A DNA stretch of 58,002 bases, the filler included, from Asterionella formosa (taxonomy: Eukaryota), in the NCBI GenBank assembly GCA_002256025.1. It is 6 parts of 6 records of this genome, joined end to end, with 100 filler letters (N's around TTAATTAATTAA, not from the genome) between each part and the next. Parts side by side here need not be neighbours in the genome. Positions count along the whole stretch, not along the records: positions 1 to 9,594 come from NKIB01010431.1; positions 9,695 to 19,286 come from NKIB01010433.1; 4 more parts are not named here. One strand, 5' to 3'. Below, piece after piece: positions 1 to 10,732 of this stretch. The first letter of the stretch is position 1; every line of letters starts with the position of its first letter. Below the pieces are notes generated by a model that was given only the letters and a program-made list of their open reading frames with translations, was not told where the DNA came from and did no database searches. Made by a program: the position numbers and the translations under genes.

Positions 1-148
1 TCAAAGCATAATCAGCCATGCTTGTTGTTTCGCGTGCTTTGACTCAAATGACTCAATAATAATCCCGTTGTTATGGAAATGGCAAATTCCTCAACTCATG
101 AGGCCTCGTTTTGCAATCTCTCTATTGGAAGCACTCCACAACGAGCCC
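1..148. repeat. 148-bp segment repeated in inverted orientation at 9263-9410
   Basis: Reverse complement of 9263-9410 matches 1-148 with 2 mismatches (read by eye). Confidence 0.9.
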
Positions 149-1599
149 ATTGTGAATGAAAAATACTGAAATTAACAAGTTTTTATAAATCACTCATTTG
201 TTATCCCTCAGCAGTAAACCAACATGTTCCATGTGATTTCTTTTGTCGTCTACATTGTATTACCCTGAATTTACGATTCACACAGAATTGAGGAAGACAC
301 ATTGGATTTAAAATTTGTCATGCTAATGAATTGGTTAACTCATTCAGTTGATTGTTTTCGAAAAAATCCAGGTGTATACTTATGTTTTTTAGTAGAAGGC
401 TAATTGTAGCTAGCTCATCCAGGAGTGCATTTGACATTAGGAGTTACCATCCTCTCCTTCTTGTCATATTTGTTTAAGTCACACTTGTAGCCTCAGAAAT
501 TCGTCCCGACGAAATTGCTAGCAAGACGGCGCCAGCATTCTCCCTGTAGATTGTAGGATCTTTTGGTACAAAGAGGAAGTCATGGCTGCTGTACCGGCAT
601 TTTTGACCATCTGAGTTCATAAAGACAACATTTAACACATCTGTGAACAATATGTTTTCAACATGGGGACAATCCTTACAACTAGTAGTATCCCTCTTCC
701 AGCTGTTCAGCTGCCTCATTATACACAAATCCTTCATCAACTCAAATATTGTTTGTTGCACCAACAGAAGGTGGAGCGATGCAACATTGAGATCGTCCGG
801 AAAAAGCAAAGAGTTTTCTTGCTATTTTTGTTATCATATCACCAAGGGAGGGATAATTCATACTGATATGCTGTTTTTCTCAACATTCATTTGACATTTG
901 AACAGGCCTTTTCAGAAAAGGAGTGTTCTTTTGAAAGCAGGAGTGATGGAAGGTGAAACGATGCAATATGTAGACCCGCAATGGAGGCTTTTAAGGTAAG
1001 CTTAATCTTCAGTTTTTGTCATCACATCAGCAAAACGAGCGATAAATCACACGGTTATGTTATTGTTCTCTACATTTATTTGAACATTTTAGCCGTCCAT
1101 TTCACAAAAGCAGCATTTTTGGAACGCATCATTGAGTTGTGGTTCTGTGTTACTAATGCCAAAGTGTTGCTGTCAATGCGGCTGCTCCGTGAAAGAGTTC
1201 AAGAGAGTTCAATAGCACATGTGTGTGTTACTTTCTGCTGTTGCTAGCTCTATTAAATGAATTACTGAAACACTGTTGTTATTTAAATCTTTTCAGGTCA
1301 GTGAAGAAGGCATTTCAAGGACAAGGAGGAAGCCAGTGCAATGCATTCCTGTTACAATTTCGCAAATGCCCTTTCAAGAGTGAATAATTTTTCCATTCAG
1401 TATGAATGGCTTCTCGTCGTCTTGCACTGTCCTTATAGACGTCTATTTGTGCCTGCCTTCTCAAGACTGAAGATTCCATTCTGAAAGAACCGCTTTTTTG
1501 ATTGCATATCGAGATTTTTTTCCCATTTAATATGAAATAGCTGAATTAGTCAACAACATTATTTGATGGCAGTTTTAAATTAGTTGAACAACCTTCAGA

Positions 1600-1920
1600 A
1601 AATTACGTGAACAAATTTAATTCATTACATGAAGTGTATTATAGAATTACGTGAACAAAATTATAGGGCAATGTGAACTACTAAATTACAGAATTATGTG
1701 AAGTTTTTCAAATAATTACGTGAAGGTTGTCCCGTAATAGTGATGATCAGAAATGCATGAATGATACTCTGATCAAGTAATTAACGTGAAATATTCAGAT
1801 AATATATAGATGTATTCAAGTAAGCATTTTGATGTATTCAACTAATTCATGTGATCAATTCAAAAACAACTAGGCTTATTTAAGTGAAGGTCACTTCATG
1901 TAAAACGCAGCTTAGATGTA
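1600..1920. repeat. Dispersed repeat, probable DNA-transposon terminus with AATTAYGTGAA subterminal motifs; second copy at ~48433-48757
   Basis: About 200 bp ending ...GCTTAGATGTA aligns with 48550-48757; both copies are preceded by iterated AATTA(C/T)GTGAA motifs. Confidence 0.7.
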
Positions 1921-2106
1921 GTAGCTTCACAACGAATATGACAATAACAATAACATGCTCNNNNNNNNNNNNNNNNNNNNNNNNNNNNNNNNNNNNNNNN
2001 NNNNNNNNNNNNNNNNNNNNNNNNNNNNNNNNNNNNNNNNNNNNNNNNNNNNNNNNNNNNNNNNNNNNNNNNNNNNNNNNNNNNNNNNNNNNNNNNNATA
2101 TGCTCT

Positions 2107-2176
2107 AAAAAATGGCGGGAATCGAACCACACAATCGCAGATAAAAGGCAACGTGATCAACCACTAAGCCATTCCC
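2107..2176 (-). ncRNA. tRNA-derived Pol III-like unit (SINE head or pseudo-tRNA)
   Basis: Minus strand has A-box TGGCTTAGTGG, B-box GGTTCGATTCC and a T6 run; no proper cloverleaf; related copy at 35690-35738. Confidence 0.45.
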
Positions 2177-2391
2177 TAAATGCACTTTATATTGTTATGA
2201 TTGTTATTTCCCAATTCCACAAGATCGAGTGAAGGTTAAATATTGGAGACTCCAACCAACAACAACGACCTTCCTCCATCTGCAATTGGAACATCTTTCT
2301 ATTTTCACGTCACTTGCGGCATCTCTAAACATCAGCCAGCATCAGACACGGGAGCATCTTGTTTGTTTCTTTCAGTCTATACTAGAAGAAA

Positions 2392-3009
2392 ATGAGCAGA
2401 AATGAGTTCGGTCCTTTGTTTTTGTCTGCTACCAATTTGATCATGTTTTCGGCATGGGCACACGTTATGTATGTGTTTGCAAATGCGGGATTGTACGGTC
2501 AGATGGATCGAGAGAACGATGCGTGCGAATCTCAACTCAGACCGGCCTTGTTCATGGCATTGGCTGTCTCAATGATCGAGCTACTTACCTGCGTGCTTGG
2601 GCTGACCCGGTCACATCCTGTCCAGGTTCTCCTATTCGCTTCTGTCCGAGCAGGAGTCGAAATACTAGTCGTACCACTTATTGGATGTGGTTCATGGCAG
2701 CATCTGTTCACTTCATTTTGCTGGAGCCTTGGAGATGCCATTCGGTTTGGCTGCTTTACGATGGATGGACTGCTACCCGGGGGAACATTGGCCAAGTCCA
2801 TTCGCTACTCAGTGGGACCCATAATGTTCCCATTAGGGACTGTTGGAGAGATGGCCATGGTGATTAGAGCTGCTATGAACGGCCGACCGATTCTATATGT
2901 AGCAGCCGCACTTTGGCCCGCAGGGTTTTTTCCTTTGATGAAACAACTTCTGAGGCAGCGACGCAAGCACTTTGCACCAAAGAAGAAGATGGAAATAAAG
3001 TCTGTGTAG
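2392..3009 (+). CDS. PTPLA/HACD (Phs1/PAS2)-like very-long-chain 3-hydroxyacyl-CoA dehydratase family membrane protein
   Basis: 205-aa multi-TM ORF; WSLGDAIRF, IRYSVGPIMFPLGTVGE and C-terminal RQRRK match PTPLA family motifs. Confidence 0.8.
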   Translation: MSRNEFGPLFLSATNLIMFSAWAHVMYVFANAGLYGQMDRENDACESQLRPALFMALAVSMIELLTCVLGLTRSHPVQVLLFASVRAGVEILVVPLIGCGSWQHLFTSFCWSLGDAIRFGCFTMDGLLPGGTLAKSIRYSVGPIMFPLGTVGEMAMVIRAAMNGRPILYVAAALWPAGFFPLMKQLLRQRRKHFAPKKKMEIKSV

Positions 3010-3237
3010 CTTCCATACTGTATGAGATCCTAGGATACTATACCGGTAGTTTCTCATTCACCTGATACATTTGATTTATAGAATAATAACTATTGAAGCC
3101 TGTCACGGGGTTCGCTATCGAAGGTTCAATTGCGAATGTAATTTCCCTAGTTTGTTGGATGTAAATGAATCAAGCAACGCGATGGGACACATATACCCTT
3201 GGGAGTATGCCTCACAACTAAAATAGTTGCAACAGTC

Positions 3238-4434
3238 TCAGTTCTCTTCCACTTCAACCGGCCAACCAATAACTTTGAGTGCACCACTCAACAGAGAATC
3301 TGGCAGTTCCTGCAAGGATTTGCAATCTGAAACATCTAGGCACTCTAGTCGGTGTAACTGCCCCACAGAGTCTGGTAAGTGAGTTAGCGTTTTACAATTC
3401 GCCAGGTCAAGGATGCGTAGGCTTGGTAGCTCGCCAATTGTGGAGGGGAGCGATTTCATCTTCTTGCAACCTCGACAGTCCAAGAGAACTAATGCCTTGC
3501 AATTTGAGATACAGTCAGGGATCTCCCTGAGAGATTTGCATTTTGTCAGAATCAAATCTTCTAGGTCAGTCCACTTGGCTATGACCAGCGGGAGTTCAAA
3601 TAGTTCGACACACTTGGATAAGCCCACTTCGACCAAAGATGAACAATTTCCAATGGTTTCAGGCAACTCCCTGATGCATTTGCACTCTCGCATTTGAAGT
3701 GATGTCAAGTTCTGCAGACTTCCAATGGATTCGGGCAACGCTCGGAGAGCTTTGCATTTATCCAAAATGAGCTCTTGCAAGCTGATCAGCTCACCAAGTG
3801 AGTTTGGAAGCATTGTGAGGACCTTGTTGCCAGAGCCAACAGATCCACCAATTACAAGTCTCCGCAATCTAAAACAGGTGGTGAAATAGGGGATACGAAA
3901 TGGTGACCCATAACAACAAACAGAACCAAAACTTAAATCTCACCTTTTCATATTTCCTATGGATTCAGGAACATGAGTGAGCTGGGAAGAGTCCGATAGA
4001 TCAAGCTTCGAACGCGAACACGGAGTTCGATGCGACAACAGACTGTTAGAATGAACATGCTCAGCTCCACAAACAAGGCAAAATCATTCATGATTGTGAT
4101 TTACCACTTCGAGACTCTCTAGATCGCCGATAGTCTCAGGCAAGCTTGCAAGGCGATCGCAATGCGTCAGGGTAAGAGTGCGAAGCCGTCGCATTAGGCA
4201 GACCGAATCATGAATTTGGGACATGTAGCGAGCCTTATGGAGGTCCAATGTTCGCAACGACGAAGAAATATGCGATAGAGATGGCATGATTTCCCATTTG
4301 TCTGCATCGCGGCATGATCGTGCGCTCAAGGAAACGGCGTCGCCATTTTCGTCAACGAGGACAACAACACCCTTCAAGTTGACATGTTCGACGAGGTCCC
4401 AAGTCGAATCACCGTCGGTAGTGGGTCTAGACAT
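3238..4434 (-). CDS. Leucine-rich repeat protein (LPESIGxLxxL type), 3 exons: 4434-4105, 4005-3944, 3868-3238 (~340 aa)
   Basis: Two LRR ORFs are joined in frame by a 62-bp exon (LDLSDSSQLTHVPESIGNMK) using GT-AG introns. Confidence 0.85.
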
Positions 4435-4769
4435 TGTAATGCCAGCCCTATGTTTTCAAGTTTTCAGTATACAACAGCACTTTGAATGATGTGGGTCTCG
4501 CTTTCTATTGCTTGTCTTACGGATTGTTATGCACTCAAATGGTGAAACTTAGGGTGGGAAAAGTGGGCAAGTATCCTTCGCTCCCAGGGGTAACTGGTAC
4601 CAGGTACCGTGCTGAGTAGAGCGACCATGATTTCATACCGGTATATACATTTTGTAAAAAGCGTCATACTCCTTCTTCCTGTCTGACGTGTATCTCCTTA
4701 CGTAGAACTTACCTTTTGTAGCACTAGTACTCATACCTATCGTTGCTACTAGTCTAAAATTATTAAAGC

Positions 4770-4989
4770 TTACTCTAAAAGCCTCCTTTCAATCCCATTC
4801 ATCATACTGTGAGAACCTGTTCTACGTGTTCCCTTTTTGTTGATGCAAACCTTCTTCTGATGATCTGAAACACCAATCTCATTAGCTAGTTTCTTGACAT
4901 GATGGGAATGCTCCATTTGATTCATAGGATTATAATCGAGTCCACAATTCTCGTGACTCATAATAGCCATTGATACTATATTCTTGACA
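4770..4989 (-). repeat. LTR-like dispersed repeat starting TGTCAAGAATA (copy 1)
   Basis: Homologous to 24352-24490 and 54944-55145; lies downstream of the Copia relic. Confidence 0.65.
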
Positions 4990-5049
4990 CAGCACAACAT
5001 TATACATATGCAATGGCTGATGATGAGTGAAAGAATAGGAAAATCCCCC

Positions 5050-6400
5050 TTTCTTGCTGAAGGCAAGACACGCCCAAGGTGGTCTCGTGCCTGATAGTAT
5101 ATATGTGTACTTGGCTGGGATAGCACTCGTAGGGTGACCTTCTCGCAGCACCAGATTATTGAGGCAATTCAAAAACTAGCTGTTGTCACGCCATGCACTT
5201 ACCTACTGCCCACAAGTAAAGCATAAATGTCATTTTTAGGTTGCTATTGCCCATCAAATAAAATATATTTTGTATATTTCCTATATTCTCATCAAATCTT
5301 GACAAAGCAACCTCTGATATTGCCCATCATTAAAATAAATCTTGTATGTTTCATAGGTTGTTCATGTTGGCAATCAGGAATCCCATGCGTACATTGTCCA
5401 CCCCAATGACTCCAGAGCAGTATATGTCCTCTTTGGGCGGATCCATTCTGTGTCCTCCTGAGACCAGTCTTGCGTTCCTCCTTAGTAGCTAGAGATCGAA
5501 CTTAACGTCAAATGTTATCTGATATGGAATTCGTTTGTACCCTACCAGTAATTCATCTTCTGATACTTCTCGAAATTTTTGGTTTTCATTAATCTGTTTC
5601 AATTCTGTGTCTATGGCCATCTTCCATAGGTTATTGTGGTTCATCTCATCTAGATGTTATGCATGTTTTACCAATGCAGGGACTTCGATTCCGAATTTAA
5701 TTTTTGGCTCATCCCATGCCGCTTTCATGATTTGTATTATTACTTGTAGAGTATTACTGGGCTCCATATAATCTTTCACCCATGTTTGTGTAACCTTTTT
5801 TGTATCACATATCAACACTACAGGTTCCTACAATCTCATTGATTCATTGTAGTAACCCATCCAGTGTCTCCATTCATCCATTGGATATTTACTGGTACTG
5901 AGTTACCTGTAGGATCATGTTTCTTGGATCAGTGGCTAAGTACTCTTAAAGGAAGCCAAACATAATCATCGTACTCCTGCACTGCCAATTTGTCAATTTG
6001 TCGATGGTATTCTTGCAACTATTTGATATTTGGCTTGTCGTTTACTTGTTTTTCTTGATGTTTTCCACTGCATATTTCATGATTTGCAATTTTTCTGAAA
6101 TTGGCTCCTTTGTAGTTGAAAAATGGTTCATATTGCTGATTTCCTCCTTGTTAGCATCTGGGTTCTTCTCTGCGGTCATAACATGGTGGGAACTTGTTTT
6201 CTGCTTTCTTTTTGAATTGTTTTCACTTGGCTCATGTTCCTCCCCTGTCTCCTGTTCTACAAATCCTTTACTCTCATGCAGCTCATGTTCCTCCCCTATC
6301 TCCTTTTAGTGTTCGCTGTAGCTTGGGAAGACATGCCATTGCTTTTCAGCAACTCATTCTTGACATGCTCATGGTGAGCAGAATGGGTCCTGATAAACTA
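5050..6400 (-). mobile_element. Degenerate Ty1/Copia (CoDi-like) retrotransposon, pre-RT and RT N-terminal region
   Basis: Interrupted minus-strand translation KFGIEVP..LDEMNHNNLWKMAIDTEL..GYKRIPYQITFDVKFD..ARLVSGGHRMDPPKEDIY, with stops and frameshifts. Confidence 0.8.
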
Positions 6401-6883
6401 GTAAAGTGGAACTGAGCTGGCTAATCAACTTTAACAGTAATGATATCCTCAACAGCAATAACGGAAATAAAAAACAAATGTAGAGCATAAACTAAAATTA
6501 TAATTTAAAACTGAGAGAAATGAGAGGATCGAATCATTCCTCTTCACACATAGTATGATACTGATTCTGTACATGAACAGAGCATATACGTACGTATGCT
6601 CCTTTTTGACGTGGTACCTGGTACCAGGTACCAGGACATATGTAGGCTATGAGCCTGTTCTCTTGCTCCGAACTTTCCATTTGTTCCAGGATCTTCATAT
6701 ATTCTGTAACCCTCTAAGAGGGGTGTCCAGCACAACGAAGAAACAGGTATGAATACTTATATTTTGTCCATGAATATACCACCATCACCTCACCTTTTCA
6801 GGAGCCACCATGGAATGCAACGATGCCAAAATCTAGAAATAGGCTAGGATCAAGGCACTTCAAAAATGATTTCTATTACTTGT

Positions 6884-8294
6884 CTATGCATAATTATTCA
6901 TGTAGAAATTCGATCCAGCACCAAAGTTGTGCATACCACCAAATGCTTGGTTCATTGTGAGGAACTGACCCATACCATGGCGCTTCTGGGAACAAAGCTG
7001 ACCCATACCATGTTGTCCCTGGGAACGAAGCTGCAAAAATTGCTGTTGCAACCTAGCATGTGGGGAAGAAATAGGGCCAACAGTGGCAAAGGTGCCGTCG
7101 AATCCCACCAAGGCTGACTGGAGGAAAGCATTGTGGTTGGTAGGACTGTTCAATCCCTCCATGTTTTTATTCAAAGCAGAGAATCCAAGAGTGCCGGCAT
7201 ACAAGTCGCACGAACCGAGCACACGATCCAACAAATTAGCACGGCGAATCTCAAAGAGTGCATTATCTACGTGGGAAAAAAAAGCGGGATCTGCAGGACA
7301 CCCTTTGGCATGTCCGGGAGTGGCCGAAGCAGCAAGCAAAGGGAAAGACGCAGCCTTTGCGACTGCTGGCAACGGGAAAGATTCGCTTAAGGCGTAAAAG
7401 TCAGGGGAGGGCTCCTCCTCTCCCTTCTTCCTTTTAGGAACAGTATCTTTGTTAGTAAGACGCCGCAACTTGTCACAAAGGTGAGGCATGCCGCGAAGGA
7501 ACATCTAGTCGGAAAAAGTACACACGAAAGGTTAGCGCATTGAGAATACGAGGGAAACATAAGAACAAGATCATATTTATAATCATAGCCCGTCTTCACG
7601 CATTCGCCTTGTGCATATTTACCTCGTGATAGTAGGAATTATAATCGCTGCCATGAGTGACACGACGGAAGCCCCAGCCATTTACCTGGCAACAAAAACG
7701 CCAAAAAGTTAAAAACCAGAACAGAGATGTTGGCGAGGGCATGGTATATTAACTTACCTGACGAGTGAAGGAGCTATATCGGCCGTGCCTGAAATAGAGA
7801 GGGATTACTCTTTCTTCGAACGCCTTTTGCTGCAAAATACGCCAGCTACGTCCGTGAGGGAGCCAAGCGATGATGTCTTGGAAGTCATGGTTGCTGAGAA
7901 TCATGTGAAGTTTGGCAGGGAATGTTGGTTCTTTATCTATATTGCTCTGCGCATTCGCTACGGAACGAATTGTGGTCCACTCGACAGAATCACGAGAGAA
8001 GTCACGGTATCCGCTACCGGTACTGGCGTTCCTCAAATCATCCTCATGCACCTTCGCCGACGTTTCAATAACAGAAACAACGGAATGAGAACGGTAGTTA
8101 GCCGCGATGTTACCGCTAGTAGACCCAGCTTTGGATCGGGGAGACTGAACGGCAGCATCCAACTTCTGCTGCAAGCAGTTGGCCAGCAACGGAACAATCG
8201 TATTGGTGTTCATCATCATTTCGGTTTCTCCCTTCAAGTGATCACAAGCAAGAAAGATGCTCGACTGACGTGAATTCATTTTCTCTCTATTCAT
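6884..8294 (-). CDS. Heat shock transcription factor (HSF DNA-binding domain), 3 exons: 8294-7758, 7685-7623, 7504-6884; start uncertain
   Basis: FPAKLHMIL..IIAWLPHGRSW..YFRHGRYSSFTRQ|VNGWGFRRV..YYHE|MFLRGMPHL, spliced in frame through GT-AG introns. Confidence 0.9.
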
Positions 8295-9262
8295 GATAAA
8301 GAGTGTACCGGGTATATACATGGCATTCCTGAGCGTCTCAACGATCCCAATTATCCGATGTCGCAAGTCTACGATTACGCCTTCTTAAATCTCTGTCAAA
8401 AGGCAAATTCCAGAATTGTCGCACAATCGTTTCGCTAACACGTAGATTGGACAGTTAGGAGAACTAATACAGTAGTGCCTTCTCCTTTCGTGGCATTTTC
8501 GTCATGTTGGTATTTGCAGAGGCATCCTGTCTGGTCATATATGTAGTGTCTACCTGCATGACAGTATGGAATCATTTCTCGTGCAATTTTACACACTGTC
8601 AATGGGTATACCAGCTACTTTACAGATAAACTGGTGTGCGTAAGCAGCATTGATGGTTCGGATGCCCATCAGTTCGCCATTTATTGCATTATCGAAAGCA
8701 ATATCCAGGTCTTGTCCCGATCAAACCACCACATCGGATATCCGGGACATTTCGGAACTACTTTTAGTCACAAACATAGTATCAGCCCAGCTGAAATGTT
8801 TATTTAGCTATCAGACCGACGTTTATATGCATACCACACAGGTCTAAGAAAGTACGCAAGTTGGAGACATAAAGTACCAAATCTTGATTCCAAATTAGGA
8901 TTTCGAGTTTTGTTCTGTTTGCTTCCATTCTTATGTCCAAAACCCAAAAAGATATCACTTCCAATTTACCACCGGTACAGGGTAGTAGTTTTGAAACCAA
9001 TTGGGAAACAGATGTCACATATAGTATCTCATATACATTGGGATATACAGGTACTACGTATTTCTGGATGCGAATTCCAGAAACATTGAGTAGCAGGTAG
9101 CAGCCCCATGCGTAGTATAGATCGGTCGAGGAATTTTTCGACATTTTCCGCGACTAAAGGTCCATACGGAAAATTGCTTGTTGTTCAAAACGCCACACGC
9201 GAATTTCAATTGTTGGTCGTCCTGACCAGTTCCAATTGGTGCGCTTTTCACCATTGATAGCA

Positions 9263-9410
9263 GGGCTCGTTGTGGAGTACTTCCAATAGAGAGATTGCAA
9301 AACGAGGCCTCATGGGTTGAGGAATTTGCCATTTCCATAACAACGGGATTATTATTGAGTCATTTGAGTCAAAGCACGCGAAACAACAAGCATGGCTGAT
9401 TATGCTTTGA
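9263..9410. repeat. Inverted copy of 1-148
   Basis: Direct sequence comparison. Confidence 0.9.
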
Positions 9411-9594
9411 TATGGTGCATAGTATAATTGTGTGATTATTAACTATGTATGCTCTGTTTTCAGTCATTGGCTGTGCTTCCATCACTCAAGCGATTTTTCA
9501 ATGCAAGAAGACAGCTCCATTCAGCTGAACACACATCAATCAACAGTGCACAGGAAGGTTTAAGTTTGTTGCTGTGGTGGGAGGATGCATTGTT

Positions 9595-9694
9595 NNNNNN
9601 NNNNNNNNNNNNNNNNNNNNNNNNNNNNNNNNNNNNNNTTAATTAATTAANNNNNNNNNNNNNNNNNNNNNNNNNNNNNNNNNNNNNNNNNNNN
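9595..9694. other. Artificial contig linker (N-TTAATTAATTAA-N)
   Basis: 100 nt with stops in all frames; identical linkers at 19287-19386, 28972-29071, 38653-38752, 48333-48432. Confidence 0.97.
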
Positions 9695-9702
9695 TTCATA
9701 CT

Positions 9703-9981
9703 GTGTCTCTTCTGATCACAAGTCTCACTTATCTAAAATTGTCCCTCCCTACTTTCACAGGCACACTTCCAACAGAGATTGGACTCTTGACAAGTCTTAC
9801 TGGTCTAGATTGGTCCTCCACTACTTTCAATGGCACACTTCCAACAGAGATTGGACTCTTGACAAGTCTCGCTGGTCTAGAATTGTCCTATAGCACTTTC
9901 AATGGCACACTTCCCACAGAGATTTGACTCTTGACAAGTCTTTATCTAGATTTGTCCCTCACTACTTTCACAGGCACACTT
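9703..9981 (+). pseudogene. Fragment of 72-bp TEIGLLTSL-type LRR array
   Basis: About 4 units with the same framework as 11170-11980; in-frame TGA at 9925-9927; at the contig edge. Confidence 0.8.
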
Positions 9982-10732
9982 GAGTCGATCAAGGAAGAAG
10001 CACTTGATTGTTCGTGAGTCTTTTCACTTTCCACTTTGTCTGTGAGGCTTTTGTACCAACATTTTGTCAGTAGGAGTCGAAATGGAAAAATTCTCAATCA
10101 TTTCCGGAATTTTGCTTAGCTGAATATCGGGTAAGCTAAAATGACCCTCGGGGTCATTAATCTATGTTAAATACTGGTATCATACATAAATTGGACTAAA
10201 CTTCAACCTTCTCTCCTATATAACGATTATTGCATACCATGTGGAGTGATACCACCGGTATTTTTCCAATAAATGTAACTGTTGTACTGATACCGGTGTA
10301 CTATCACGAAGGGCATATGTACAAACATATTTTAGGATGGACAAAAGTTCCGGCATCATCATGGTGATGATTTCATGTAAAACTCAACGACTACAGTTGG
10401 TAGAGAAATTAGTTTTCGGGTACTAACTGTGATGGACAAGCGTCAAGAATTACAAACACGAGCGACATGATACGACACACAAGCAAATGAATGTTATTTT
10501 TACATATGCGAACAGGTTTATATATAAGTAAGCCCTTCTATCACTCCCCGTAATTCAATCAGTTGCGTAGAATTCTACGACAAGTGGTAGAAAAACTAAA
10601 GAATTACTTTTCAATCACCACAACGACAAGAAAAGGAGTTTTAACACGAACAAGAAAGTTGCTCGAATAAACCAAAGAAGTATCTCGAATAAACAATAGA
10701 CAACTCTCATTACATTCAAGACGACATCGACA

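Noticed and set aside
9639..9650. TTAATTAATTAA as a biological motif
   Set aside because: Synthetic all-frame-stop linker inside N runs.
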